From the IMG/VR virus record IMGVR_UViG_3300010278_000003: 64,000 nt of DNA. The stretch is one strand, 5' to 3'. Numbering within the stretch: position 1 is the first letter of the stretch; each line of letters begins with the position of its first letter. Origin of the DNA: a virus. A program made the position numbers and the translations under genes. Positions 33,006-43,006 of this stretch are shown in pieces. The notes below the pieces were generated by a model. The model was not told the origin of the DNA. It saw only the letters and a program-made list of their open reading frames with translations, and ran no database searches.

Positions 33006-33205
33006 TCAACAGCCACCTCCTTTTATTCCAATAAAAAGAGCCATCTCATATGAAATGGCTCTTTCTTAACACACAATATTTAATATTTACCAATCAGTCG
33101 CCAAACTGATCATAACTGTAAGGCGGTAGTAAGTGATAAACTTACAGATATAAGTTTCGTATGCATCCAAAAAATAGGTTTTGGCATCAGGTTTACCGCA
33201 CGAAA

Positions 33206-33276
33206 TAGGGCATAACGGACTCGAACCGATACTCACGGGATGAAAACCCATTGTCTTACCTTTTGACTAATGCCCT
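33206..33276 (-). tRNA. tRNA-Glu(UUC)
   Basis: Acceptor AGGGCAT/ATGCCCT, anticodon loop TT-TTC-AT, T loop TTCGAGT; one T-stem mismatch; no encoded CCA. Confidence 0.8.
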
Positions 33277-33280
33277 AAAA

Positions 33281-33355
33281 CGAATCGTATGAGACTTGAA
33301 CCCATGTTATTCTACCGTGACAGGGTAGTACCATAACCAACTAGGCAAACGATCC
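33281..33355 (-). tRNA. tRNA-Asp(GUC)
   Basis: Acceptor GGATCGT/ACGATTC, anticodon arm CTACC-CTGTCAC-GGTAG, T loop TTCAAGT. Confidence 0.85.
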
Positions 33356-33652
33356 ATGTTATATAATCAGCATAAAGCACTAACTATCTGATATTGGACT
33401 GTACACATCCAGTTATTTAGAATAGAAAGTTAAACAATCCATTCATGCTTACTGATTATTCTCCACATATTTTCAGTCTTCGGAGCAAAGACCAATAGCG
33501 ATTAGGGAATTAATGTCGGTTTACGTTGACATAGGTTTTACGCTATTGAATGCCACCATCCAATATGCCTGTAAAGGCACAACCTAATCTTTGTATATTT
33601 TATTATTCTCTGAATTAGACGAAGTATTAGATGAAAGTTTCATCGGGATTGT

Positions 33653-34687
33653 CTACAAATCAGAAAGTGATTTTTGTTCTACTTGTTTTATTTCTCCATC
33701 AGCAAAATATTTTGCAAATTGCTCATCAGCATCAATATCCTTGTACACTGATACCATATCTAACGAACTCCAACCGACTAGCATTTGAATTACATCATCA
33801 GGAAGACCGCTTCGAGAACAAGAAGTTGTAAAGAAGTGACGAAGACTGTGGAAATAAAAGTCTTCTCCTAAATGTTTGCTAAATGTATCAGCCCAACTGT
33901 CAAGAGTGCTTGAATCCATAGGTTCATCTATATATTCTCCATTTACCTTTTTTGGGAACAACCATTCTGATTCAATTCCGTGTTCTTTTCTATAATTCAT
34001 CCACAAATCAAAATATGGCTTAAATGGTTTTGCAAGTGTATATGCCACTAACATTTTTCCGTGAGAACCTCTTCCTTTTGTTTGGATCTTTTCAGGTGTT
34101 TTATATAAAGAACCGTATATAATATTTTCATCATTGAAATAAGATACTTTAAATCGTGGTAACTCACTCTTACGTCTGCCACTAAATGCAGCTAATGCTA
34201 AAATACAAGCCTTGTCATATTTACCTTTTTCAACCCAATAATCAAGCATACTCTGTACTTGTTCATCGGATAGTACAGTTTTAGTAAATACTTTCTCATT
34301 TGCAGGATTTTCAATTTTGCGTATAATCGGTTTAAAGTTCTCATACTCATCATCTAATATAGCTTCGACATAATTTGAAAGAGAAGAGAGAGTAGATTTT
34401 ACTCTACGCATTCTAGCTGGCGACCACTTATATTCAATAAGGCAAAAACTCTGATAACGAGCAATATCCCTCTTAGATAAATCAATAAAGAATTTGTTGT
34501 CACAATGCTGAAGTAAATACACCCAGAAAATGTAAAGGTCGCGTCTATATGCATTGATTGTATTTAGGGATCTATCAACTGAACGAAGATAATCCAAAAA
34601 ATCATTTCCTAACTCTACATTCTCTTTATTACACTGAGTCAATAACTCATCAGTAACAATATTGTTATGCTGTATTTTTCTACCCAT
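33653..34687 (-). CDS. Tyrosine recombinase (XerC/D-like, with SAM-like N-domain)
   Basis: SGRRKSEL, TKG, HSLRH, LVGW, VY catalytic pattern. Confidence 0.9.
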   Translation of the reverse strand: MGRKIQHNNIVTDELLTQCNKENVELGNDFLDYLRSVDRSLNTINAYRRDLYIFWVYLLQHCDNKFFIDLSKRDIARYQSFCLIEYKWSPARMRRVKSTLSSLSNYVEAILDDEYENFKPIIRKIENPANEKVFTKTVLSDEQVQSMLDYWVEKGKYDKACILALAAFSGRRKSELPRFKVSYFNDENIIYGSLYKTPEKIQTKGRGSHGKMLVAYTLAKPFKPYFDLWMNYRKEHGIESEWLFPKKVNGEYIDEPMDSSTLDSWADTFSKHLGEDFYFHSLRHFFTTSCSRSGLPDDVIQMLVGWSSLDMVSVYKDIDADEQFAKYFADGEIKQVEQKSLSDL

Positions 34688-34831
34688 TAAATCTCACTTC
34701 CTTTCAAATAAAAAAGAAGTGAGATAGTAGTAAATACTAAGCCACTTCTTCCAAATATAATATTCTCTATAATAAATGCTCACTTACTCATAATTAAAGT
34801 CACGAGTGTGCATTCGCACCTTTATCAAAAG

Positions 34832-34876
34832 TGGACGACTGAGGAATCGAACCTCAACGAAAAACCATTTCATCCA
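34832..34876 (-). pseudogene. tRNA-like minihelix (acceptor stem plus T arm only)
   Basis: TGGATGA/TCGTCCA 7-bp stem and TGAGG-TTCGATT-CCTCA T arm; only ~12 nt where the D and anticodon arms should be. Confidence 0.6.
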
Positions 34877-34944
34877 TAATAAAAATAGGAGGGGACATAC
34901 CCCTCCAAAAATTTTACTAATTATTTAAAAATTAAAAATTAGAA

Positions 34945-37017
34945 TTAAGCAAATAATGCGTTAATCTCATCCTCTGTAATGGCAACATAAGTTGTTTCTT
35001 CAAGAGTTTCTACTTTTGTCTTAAGAGTAGCGATGTCACTCTTGTTAGTTGCGACCTGACCATCAGCAAGAGCTTTTACTTTAGTTTCGGCAACACCAGC
35101 AGCATCAAAAGCTGTGTCTGCTTTATAAGCAGCAGAACCAAGACCTGTTACAGCTACATCATTACCATCAACAGCAATTGTACCGTCAGCAGTACCACTT
35201 GCAACTGACTGAACTGCTGAATCAGCTTTCTTACCCTGAGCTGCTGTAGCATAGTTCTTAGCAAGACCATCTGCATAAGTTTTAGCTGCACTTATAGCAT
35301 CAGTTTCGCTTTGGTCTGCATACTCTTTTGTAGCATAGTTTGTAAGGTCAACAGCAGAGTCACCAATTTTTTCAAACTTTTTACTCTCTCCTGAAACAAC
35401 AAGCATATACTCATTGTAACCATTTCCTTCAGCAGAACCATTATCTCCTGTTGCTTTTGCAACCATATAAATTGTATGTTCATCAGCTTCTGCAACAGCA
35501 GGAAGTTCTGTCACGATTGCTCTTTTAAGATGTCCAGCATTAGCAACAGCAGTAGTAATAGCACTATTTGTCTGCTCTTTTGTATAAGCATCAGTAATAC
35601 CATAGCCTTCAAGAGTTGTAGCTTTGTTAGCCTTATCACTCTTAAGTGTAGCAATATCTGATTTATTAGTTGCAACCTGACCATCTTCAAGAGCACTTAC
35701 TGCGTCCTTAACTTGTTTAGCAACTGAGCCTACAACTGTGTCAGCACCATTAAGTGTAGTAATCTTACTCTCAGCGGCAGTCATTCTTGATTTGAGATCA
35801 GAATCATTATACTGTGAATCTGTAATCTTACCTTCAAGCTCTGTCTTAACATCGTTAATCTGCTTCTTTACAGAGCCTTCAACAGTAACCGCACCATCAA
35901 GTTTATCAATTACATTTTTATTAGCTGTAATCTGTTCCTGAAGAGCAGACTTTGCATCGGAAACAGCCTTTGATACAGAACCTGCACCTGTGCCGTTAAG
36001 TACACCGATAGCATCTGTATTAGTCTTAATTTTGCCTTCAAGTTCTGTCTTAGCATCACTTACAGCTTTGGAAATAGAACCTGCACCTGTACCCTGAATT
36101 GTTGTAAGCTTACCTTCTGCTGTACCGACTCTTGTATCAAGAGCTTCAATAGCAGCGGTATTTGTAGCAATACCTGAAAGATCTACACCGCCAACTTTGT
36201 CATCAGCATATTTCTTAGCATCAGTTAATGCCTGTGTAGCAGAACCTTTTGTATCAAAAGCATCGCTATTCTGATAAGCTGCTGTTCCAAGACCATGTAC
36301 AGATACATCTTCTCCCTTTACAGAAATAGTACCATTTGTAAGTCCTTCTGCAATATCAGCTTTCTGAAGGGCAGAATCTGCTTTTGTACCCTGTTCAGCA
36401 GTTGCATAATTCTTGGCTAATCCGTCAGCATATTTTTTAGCATTTGTTTCAGCGGCACTAGCTTTTGTCGTAGCATCGGCTGCGGCAGCATCAATAGCTT
36501 CTTGTTTTGCTGTTGCAATAGCTTCTGTATAATCAATTGCACCAACTTTTGAATCTATATATTCAACAATTGTTTTGGCTTCTGTACTAGCAGGAAGACT
36601 GCCTACTAACTTAACAAGATTAGCAATATCTGTTTTGTTAGTTTTAATCTGACTATTCATCGAAGCAGCATCTGTGCCGTGTGTTGAAATCCAATCCGAA
36701 ATTTCCTTGAGTGTATCATAAGCTTCGGGCGCACCATTAAGGATACCAGCTACCGCATCAGCAACTTTCTTGTCAACTGAACCGTCACCTGTACCATTAA
36801 GAATATCAATAGCATCGGCATTTGCTTTAATGCTTGCTTTTACTGTTGAATCATCATATTTTGCAGCTTCAATTTTTTCGTCCGTCTCTGATTTTGTATA
36901 CGCATCAACATTATCAACCGGAATATTAAAACCAGTCCAGTCGATATCAATGGCATCCATAAGTTTGAATGTACCATTATTTTTTTGTTTAATCTTATCT
37001 ATAAGTAAAATTGACAT
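34945..37017 (-). CDS. Repetitive Ala/Thr/Asp-rich fibre-like protein
   Basis: Repeats G(T)G(A)GS(I/V)xK(A/Q)VxDA, YADGLAKNYATA x2, GLG(T/S)AAY x2, DGQVATNKSDIATLK x2, ATTLEGYGITDAYTK. Confidence 0.7.
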   Translation of the reverse strand: MSILLIDKIKQKNNGTFKLMDAIDIDWTGFNIPVDNVDAYTKSETDEKIEAAKYDDSTVKASIKANADAIDILNGTGDGSVDKKVADAVAGILNGAPEAYDTLKEISDWISTHGTDAASMNSQIKTNKTDIANLVKLVGSLPASTEAKTIVEYIDSKVGAIDYTEAIATAKQEAIDAAAADATTKASAAETNAKKYADGLAKNYATAEQGTKADSALQKADIAEGLTNGTISVKGEDVSVHGLGTAAYQNSDAFDTKGSATQALTDAKKYADDKVGGVDLSGIATNTAAIEALDTRVGTAEGKLTTIQGTGAGSISKAVSDAKTELEGKIKTNTDAIGVLNGTGAGSVSKAVSDAKSALQEQITANKNVIDKLDGAVTVEGSVKKQINDVKTELEGKITDSQYNDSDLKSRMTAAESKITTLNGADTVVGSVAKQVKDAVSALEDGQVATNKSDIATLKSDKANKATTLEGYGITDAYTKEQTNSAITTAVANAGHLKRAIVTELPAVAEADEHTIYMVAKATGDNGSAEGNGYNEYMLVVSGESKKFEKIGDSAVDLTNYATKEYADQSETDAISAAKTYADGLAKNYATAAQGKKADSAVQSVASGTADGTIAVDGNDVAVTGLGSAAYKADTAFDAAGVAETKVKALADGQVATNKSDIATLKTKVETLEETTYVAITEDEINALFA

Positions 37018-37050
37018 ATTATCTACATTGCTCCTTTCTTCAAAATTAAA

Positions 37051-38034
37051 TTACTTAACAACTACTGTTGTACTACCAAGGTTTGCGTTCTTTGATCTCC
37101 ATACTTTGTAACTTTCTTTGAAACCAGAAGCATTTGTATAATCAAATGTTTTAATAAGGTCAAAGCCACCTTCAAAACCACCAACATTAAATACGGGCGT
37201 TCCAAATGAAGCAGGGTGAGCATAGTAAATATACTGACCTACGCCAGCATTTACTGTAAATGTTTTGCTGTTATTGCTTGAAAGCTCTTTTGTAAGTCCC
37301 TGAACAAATTTATTATCTACACCGGAACCATCAACTGTACCTACACCCCAATAACGACCATTTTTGAAGTAAACACCAGTTGATTTCTGAGAGGAAGCGT
37401 TTCTTGCGTCAACAGCTTTAAGTGTCCATGTTTTATCTGACTGAAGACCAAGACCTGTAACTGCCTTGCTTGTAGAAGAAGTATCTACAGCGACACCATC
37501 AAGTGTTAAAGTTGTAGGAACTTTATTCATTGACCATGTAAGTGTTACATCGTTGATTGTTCTACCTTTTTCTACTGTGTTTGTGTTGTTTCCAAATGAA
37601 TTAATAGCCATAGTTTTATATAAACTAATTGTTCCGTCTGCTGTTATATCAAAGTCTCCACCAGGAATTACTTTGCCAGCTATTTTTGAAGTAGCAATAG
37701 GTGTTTTTGCGTCTTCAACATCTGTTTTAGAAGCAAGATCTGTAAGTTTTACACCACCATCTGCAACAGTTCCATCAGCTTTTGCAACAACAACATCACC
37801 TGCTATAGCTTTATCAATTTTAGTAATTAAATTACTAATGTCTGTTTCGGGAAGTGGAATTGAGTAATCAGGTACTGCATCCTGAGCAGGAGTTTCAACT
37901 TTATAAAAATTTAATCTGTTGCCTGATATACCAACTGCTTTAAATGACTTTGCATCTGCATCAGAGATATAAGTCTTAATTTTACTATCGTACTGAGTAA
38001 GACGCTCAAGTGTAACCATTTTAATTTGTGCCAT
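37051..38034 (-). CDS. Fibre-associated protein with C-terminal beta-sandwich domains
   Basis: ATSKIAGKVIPGGDFDITADGTIS fibre-type repeat; beta-rich C-terminus. Confidence 0.6.
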   Translation of the reverse strand: MAQIKMVTLERLTQYDSKIKTYISDADAKSFKAVGISGNRLNFYKVETPAQDAVPDYSIPLPETDISNLITKIDKAIAGDVVVAKADGTVADGGVKLTDLASKTDVEDAKTPIATSKIAGKVIPGGDFDITADGTISLYKTMAINSFGNNTNTVEKGRTINDVTLTWSMNKVPTTLTLDGVAVDTSSTSKAVTGLGLQSDKTWTLKAVDARNASSQKSTGVYFKNGRYWGVGTVDGSGVDNKFVQGLTKELSSNNSKTFTVNAGVGQYIYYAHPASFGTPVFNVGGFEGGFDLIKTFDYTNASGFKESYKVWRSKNANLGSTTVVVK

Positions 38035-38082
38035 TATTTTTCCTCCTTGTTTTTTTGTAATAAAAAAGAGCCTAACGCTCTC

Positions 38083-38925
38083 TTAAGAAAATAAATTTTC
38101 TATATCATCCGCAGAGGTTTCAGAAATTTTTTCATTAATCTTTTTCTCTACGGTCGATTCAATTGTACTTTGTAATACAGGATTATCCTGCAAATATGCT
38201 GTAATATAATCTTCAGCTTCTTTTTTTGTAAAAACATCAAGAACAGCGATCTTTTTATCAACATCATCAGAAGTTACATAATTATTTTCTTTCAAATATT
38301 CCGTTGTAACTACTTCAGATTCTGTAATTTTATCCGAAGAACTTTCCGAAACATACGTTTTAATATTTCTTGCATTAATCTCTCGGATATAAATGATATC
38401 TGTGTTATTTTCAATCCAAAAAAGGGTAGGATAGGCTGAAGAAAAAACTGTAGCTAATTTATTAGATATTTTGTATTGGTTTTTTACTAAATATATTCCA
38501 GAAGATTGTTGATCAAGTACAATTGGTTCAGCAAATGATCCAGTTAAATTAATTATTGGACGATTCCCAATAGTATCATAATTGATATCATCAAACTTAC
38601 TTAACGGTTCAACAAAAAATTTATTTTCTTCGTTTGTATTAACTATATAAGCCGTATATTTATTGTTAGTAAATACAGAAATTATTTGACCATTATATGT
38701 GTCAGTATTCGTATTAAGTTTTTCAACTGCATCTTCAATACTCTCAAAAGTATATACTCTTGATTTAATCGCCCAAGGTTCTAAGCTTGGTGAAATAATA
38801 TAACATTGTTTTTGTTGCTCGACATAAACAACATCATATGCATCTAAATCACCAGATGCAATTTTTGCCAACATATTATCGTAAGAAAGATAACCTTGCT
38901 TGGCACGAGTTTTGACCAATGCCAT
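38083..38925 (-). CDS. Hypothetical protein
   Basis: 280 aa, SD AAGGAGG; its C-terminal ...DDIENLFS resembles the ...DEINALFA end of the fibre protein. Confidence 0.6.
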   Translation of the reverse strand: MALVKTRAKQGYLSYDNMLAKIASGDLDAYDVVYVEQQKQCYIISPSLEPWAIKSRVYTFESIEDAVEKLNTNTDTYNGQIISVFTNNKYTAYIVNTNEENKFFVEPLSKFDDINYDTIGNRPIINLTGSFAEPIVLDQQSSGIYLVKNQYKISNKLATVFSSAYPTLFWIENNTDIIYIREINARNIKTYVSESSSDKITESEVVTTEYLKENNYVTSDDVDKKIAVLDVFTKKEAEDYITAYLQDNPVLQSTIESTVEKKINEKISETSADDIENLFS

Positions 38926-38954
38926 TTTATATACCTCCTTTCTTTAAGTATATG

Positions 38955-39776
38955 TTAGATTATAACCTCGTTAGTACCATCTGCTCTAGTTGCTTCTATA
39001 ATAGATTCACCTAAGTCTTGAGCCGTAATAGTACTAACAACCACACCATTTGAAAGAAGATATAATTTATTTTGTTCTTGATCTAACTTTAAACTATATT
39101 GAGATTTTGTTTCTTCAGACTGACCCGTATCCGAATCTGTTATTACAAAAGTAAGACCATCATCAGTCTGTTCAGCAAGAGCATCACCAAGTTTATTAAG
39201 TTCAATTGGTGTACCAATTTCTTTACCCTTCGAAATTAATTTAATTTTTCCGTCATTAACGTCAAGCTTAATGTCATCAGCTTTATTTTGATCAATAGAC
39301 TCATTAAGCATATTTGCGGCTTCAATACTTGCTTGTAATTGAAGTAATTTGTTATCTAAAACCTCAAGAGATTCGTCACTTACGTGTGCATAAATATCCT
39401 TTAATGGATTAATTTCTATTTCTGTTTCACCAGAGTGCATTACGATATTATCTTTAAAATTTTCTTTATCTATCTGGATAAAAGTAAGATGTAAAGAAAT
39501 GTTCCCAGCAAATCTTGTCAAGTTGGTATCAACAGGCAATACACAACGTACATAATTTTCTTTATATAATTCTTCATCTTTAACAAGCTGTTCAGACTGT
39601 GCAACATTGCCTTGATCAACATATTTTAAAAAAATCAAGCATTCCGAAATATCAATATCATCATATATTTTAGGAATTAAAATTTGTAATTTATCTGCTA
39701 ATTTTTCTCGTTGATACAATGTAGTACGATTCGAACAAACAAGACTTTTATCATTAAGCATTAAAATTGTATACAT
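38955..39776 (-). CDS. BppU-N-like (baseplate upper protein-type) domain protein
   Basis: LYQREKLADKLQILIP...LPVDTNLTRFAGNISLHLTF resembles BppU N-terminal domains. Confidence 0.55.
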   Translation of the reverse strand: MYTILMLNDKSLVCSNRTTLYQREKLADKLQILIPKIYDDIDISECLIFLKYVDQGNVAQSEQLVKDEELYKENYVRCVLPVDTNLTRFAGNISLHLTFIQIDKENFKDNIVMHSGETEIEINPLKDIYAHVSDESLEVLDNKLLQLQASIEAANMLNESIDQNKADDIKLDVNDGKIKLISKGKEIGTPIELNKLGDALAEQTDDGLTFVITDSDTGQSEETKSQYSLKLDQEQNKLYLLSNGVVVSTITAQDLGESIIEATRADGTNEVII

Positions 39777-39830
39777 TCATATGTTCATCTCCTTTCTTTT
39801 TTATGTTTCCATTCATTCCAAAAAAATAAA

Positions 39831-39911
39831 TACAGCTAACCAGACTCGAACTGGTACGGAATATCCGGTGGATTTTAAGTCCACTGCGTCTACCAATTAC
39901 GCCATAGCTGT
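39831..39911 (-). tRNA. tRNA-Leu(UAA)
   Basis: Acceptor ACAGCTA/TAGCTGT, anticodon arm GTGGA-CTTAAAA-TCCAC, long variable arm CGGATATTCCG, T loop TTCGAGT. Confidence 0.92.
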
Positions 39912-39947
39912 ACAAAAAATAAAAGAGGGGACATGCCCCTCTTAAAA

Positions 39948-40580
39948 TTAAAATCCAAACTCTTTGAGCAAATTTGATATAAGTACTTCATCCATATCTT
40001 CAGAAGTGTAAAACGAATACCCATAATAATTATTTCCTTCTGATCTGCTTGCAGAAAAACCATGAAGTTTTCCATCTTTGTCTTTACTAATATTTACAGC
40101 AGAATCTTTTTTACGTTCATTACACTTATCACATTTACATGATACATTATGTGTATTATATTCACTGTTATCATCGTTTGTAAAGTCGTCAGCATCATAA
40201 GTAAAAGCAACCATATTAGCACCTTTATTTCTAATGATAAACTTAGAGTTTACATCATTGTGTACATAAATAATATTATTTTCAGCATAAATATAATTGC
40301 CACCGTATTTTGCTGTCTGACACCGAATATCACCTGCGGAATCTATTGATATAATATATTCGTCTTCATATCCATCAACTTCAGGTGAATCAATCTCAAT
40401 ATTATAAAATCTAAATTTAGTTCTTTTAACAAGTTCATTAAGAAGTTCAATGATAATTTCGTAGTGACCAACAATACTTACACCAAAGAAATCTTCTTCG
40501 TTTTTATATTTATAAGCGTAATAATCTTCAACAATATTCTCAATTAGTGTTTCAGGACAATCGTAAAAATTTGTTCTCAT
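39948..40580 (-). CDS. Hypothetical acidic protein
   Basis: 210-aa ORF with SD. Confidence 0.6.
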   Translation of the reverse strand: MRTNFYDCPETLIENIVEDYYAYKYKNEEDFFGVSIVGHYEIIIELLNELVKRTKFRFYNIEIDSPEVDGYEDEYIISIDSAGDIRCQTAKYGGNYIYAENNIIYVHNDVNSKFIIRNKGANMVAFTYDADDFTNDDNSEYNTHNVSCKCDKCNERKKDSAVNISKDKDGKLHGFSASRSEGNNYYGYSFYTSEDMDEVLISNLLKEFGF

Positions 40581-40594
40581 TATTTTTCACCGCC

Positions 40595-40954
40595 TTAAAC
40601 TTCAAGTGTAGCAATATTATCTTTCATAGTTTCTGAAGGTTTAAATCTTACAACTTTTTTATCTGGTGAAACATATTTTTCACCTTTCTTTTCACCAAAA
40701 TTAATGTAACCAACACGTCCACCCTGAGTTACAATATTAAAATTACCAAAACCGTAAACACTAACACTTTCGCCACTCTCAAGAGTTTCTTTAATTACCT
40801 CAAAAATTGTATTAACCATCAATCTTGTGTCTTTTATTGTTGCACCTTCTATGCAACCTGCAACTTTCCTAGTGAGCTGTTCTCTGTTCATTTTTATTTT
40901 TCTCCTTTTAATCCATATTTTCCAAACAAAAAAGGGGTAGAATTTGTCTACCAC
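40595..40954 (-). CDS. HU/IHF-family DNA-binding protein (true start MNREQL ~40891)
   Basis: GESVSVYGFGNF...KKVVRFKPSETMKD signature. Confidence 0.9.
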   Translation of the reverse strand: MVDKFYPFFVWKIWIKRRKIKMNREQLTRKVAGCIEGATIKDTRLMVNTIFEVIKETLESGESVSVYGFGNFNIVTQGGRVGYINFGEKKGEKYVSPDKKVVRFKPSETMKDNIATLEV

Positions 40955-41041
40955 CTAACCGATGCTTTATAATCTTTCACCCAGATATTGTGATCAAACT
41001 CTTATATTGATTGTATTTCTTGGTGACTGATGAGCTTATTT

Positions 41042-42013
41042 TTAATTTAAAGTTTTTATATGTGTTTTTCCGTCAATTACATGTCCATCCTTATCAAGAC
41101 ATATAATCATGAAGCCTTCTTTCTGGGAGTTGATTAACTGTCCGTCATTGTATCTCATTTTATTTGTCTCACAACAACATCCTTGTTCATAAATCATTGT
41201 GTTACCAATTTTATACGAGCCTGTCCTATGAGTATGCCCTAACGTGATAGCTCTGAACGAATATCCTTCGTTCCTAAACCAATATAATGCCTTTTCCGCA
41301 GTTTTTAACGGACTACTTGAAAATGCTTTCGGATGACAAAATAAAACATCCTTATATTGTGAAAACCATGTTCCCGTATAGGTAATTTCTATATCATTGA
41401 ACATATCACATAAAGGTGCATATTTTGTTTTTGTTCCAGTTTTTCTATCATAATGAGTAAAACCATCTGTAAAAATATAATCCAAAGCAGTTTCTGGCAT
41501 TAATTCTTGTAATTCGTTATCTAAATTACGTGCTAAAAATGTTCCAAGTCGTAAATCATGGTTTCCGTGATTGACAAGAACTTTCTTAGGATTAATCATT
41601 TCAATTAAATCAATCAAATATTGTCGTACTCCAATTAATTCTTCGATAGGGGATACTCTATACATTTTTAAAAACTTAGACAAGGAGGTACAATCTATTA
41701 AATCTCCATTTAGTTGCAAAATATCTATCTTATTAGCATAATCTTTAAATGTATCTATAGGTTTAGCAAAAGGGTAGTGTAAATCAGATATTGATAATAT
41801 AGTTGTAGCTACACCCTCATATCCATTAATATAATTGTCATATTCCCAATAACCAACAGCCTGTTTTCTAAGCTGATCAGGATTAATAGACAATCCAAGC
41901 ATATCTCTGATTTCTACCCAATCCATATCTGTTTCTTTACGTTTTTTAGCAAGGCAACATCTTAATTTCCATTCAAAGTCTGTTTCGCCTTCTAATCTAT
42001 ATAAGTCAACTAT
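41042..42013 (-). CDS. Calcineurin-like metallophosphoesterase (extended to a probable ATA/ATT start)
   Basis: SDLH, NGD..D, GNHD, HP, GHTH motifs; frame open upstream of 41926 to SD AGGTGG. Confidence 0.85.
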   Translation of the reverse strand: MVDLYRLEGETDFEWKLRCCLAKKRKETDMDWVEIRDMLGLSINPDQLRKQAVGYWEYDNYINGYEGVATTILSISDLHYPFAKPIDTFKDYANKIDILQLNGDLIDCTSLSKFLKMYRVSPIEELIGVRQYLIDLIEMINPKKVLVNHGNHDLRLGTFLARNLDNELQELMPETALDYIFTDGFTHYDRKTGTKTKYAPLCDMFNDIEITYTGTWFSQYKDVLFCHPKAFSSSPLKTAEKALYWFRNEGYSFRAITLGHTHRTGSYKIGNTMIYEQGCCCETNKMRYNDGQLINSQKEGFMIICLDKDGHVIDGKTHIKTLN

Positions 42014-42027
42014 AATTAAACACCACC

Positions 42028-42288
42028 TTAGTTGATGTCAGGATATTCTATTTCCGTATCCTCGTCTTCATCAGTAGGTTCAATCTCAAGGTCTTCACTT
42101 GCTTTTTCAGAAATTGCAATATCAATTTCTTTCCCTGTAAATGGTGCAAAACAATCCGTTATCTTAATTTCTCTTTCTACATCATCTTCGTCAAAATATG
42201 TAATTGTTTTTCCATCTTCGGAAAGTGTTCCTTTAATAGTCATCTTGCTTACGATTGTTTTATTATAATTTAATTTTGATTTTGCCAT
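42028..42288 (-). CDS. Small acidic protein (YonK-like by size and position)
   Basis: 86 aa, upstream of the phosphoesterase as in SPbeta-type arms; family call is inference. Confidence 0.5.
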   Translation of the reverse strand: MAKSKLNYNKTIVSKMTIKGTLSEDGKTITYFDEDDVEREIKITDCFAPFTGKEIDIAISEKASEDLEIEPTDEDEDTEIEYPDIN

Positions 42289-42346
42289 TTTTTATTTTCC
42301 TTTCAATCCATCTATTCCAAAAAAATAGGGAGTAGAATGCTCCCTT

Positions 42347-42985
42347 TTAAATTATTGTAGTAATATTAGTAACTACTTCATTTATGATTCCATATTTTAA
42401 AAGTTCATCACTTGATAAATACCAATCTTTATTCCTGTTCTTATTAAAAGTTTTTTCATCAATATTGGTATTAGCAAGAATATACGACTTCATTTGCTCA
42501 ATCTGTTTCTTATAATTCTTTTGAGCCTCTTCAATTTGTTCTGCTGTTCCCTGAAAAGCAGCAGATCCCGAATGTACCAACATAGAAGTATGTTCAAATG
42601 CAAAGCGTTTATGTCCAGATAAGAAGATTAAAAATCCTGCTGACATTGCTACTCCCATTCCAATGGTGATAATTGGTATTCTGCTCGCTTTTACAAGATC
42701 ACAAAAGAAAAGTGACTGTTCAATGTCTCCTCCGTAACTATGTATAAAAAGTCGAATAGGTAACGGATTAGGAATATCTTTTTCCTCAATATTTATTTGA
42801 ATAATAATTTTTGCAAGTTCTACAAGAGAATAATCTTCATCAATTTCATAATCAATATAAAAAGTTCTGTTTTTTCTATCTTTCCAATAAGTATATTCTT
42901 CTGGACTTGGTAAATCCTTATCTTTTAATTCACCAATCAAAGGTATTTCCATTAATTCCATAGGCATTTGTACCTGTTCTTTCAT
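42347..42985 (-). CDS. clpP: ClpP-like serine protease
   Basis: LFIHSYGG, GVAMSAG (catalytic S), MLVH, DWYLSSDELLKYGII. Confidence 0.88.
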   Translation of the reverse strand: MKEQVQMPMELMEIPLIGELKDKDLPSPEEYTYWKDRKNRTFYIDYEIDEDYSLVELAKIIIQINIEEKDIPNPLPIRLFIHSYGGDIEQSLFFCDLVKASRIPIITIGMGVAMSAGFLIFLSGHKRFAFEHTSMLVHSGSAAFQGTAEQIEEAQKNYKKQIEQMKSYILANTNIDEKTFNKNRNKDWYLSSDELLKYGIINEVVTNITTII

Positions 42986-43006
42986 AATATTTACTCACTT
43001 TGAGCA

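Noticed and set aside
33120-33200. Hammerhead or HDV-like (theta) ribozyme after tRNA-Glu (contains CUGAUG...GAAAC)
   Set aside because: The CUGANGA core is incomplete, stem spacing is wrong, and I could not build a nested double pseudoknot. Kept only as an unclassified structure.
3223-37867. Numerous short antisense or alternate-frame ORFs inside long structural genes
   Set aside because: They are shadow ORFs of biased coding sequence, with no initiation signals or recognisable domains.
34945-38034. Diversity-generating retroelement or shufflon acting on the fibre genes
   Set aside because: No reverse transcriptase, no adenine-specific TR/VR pair and no inverted alternative 3' ends. The repeats are ordinary coding repeats.
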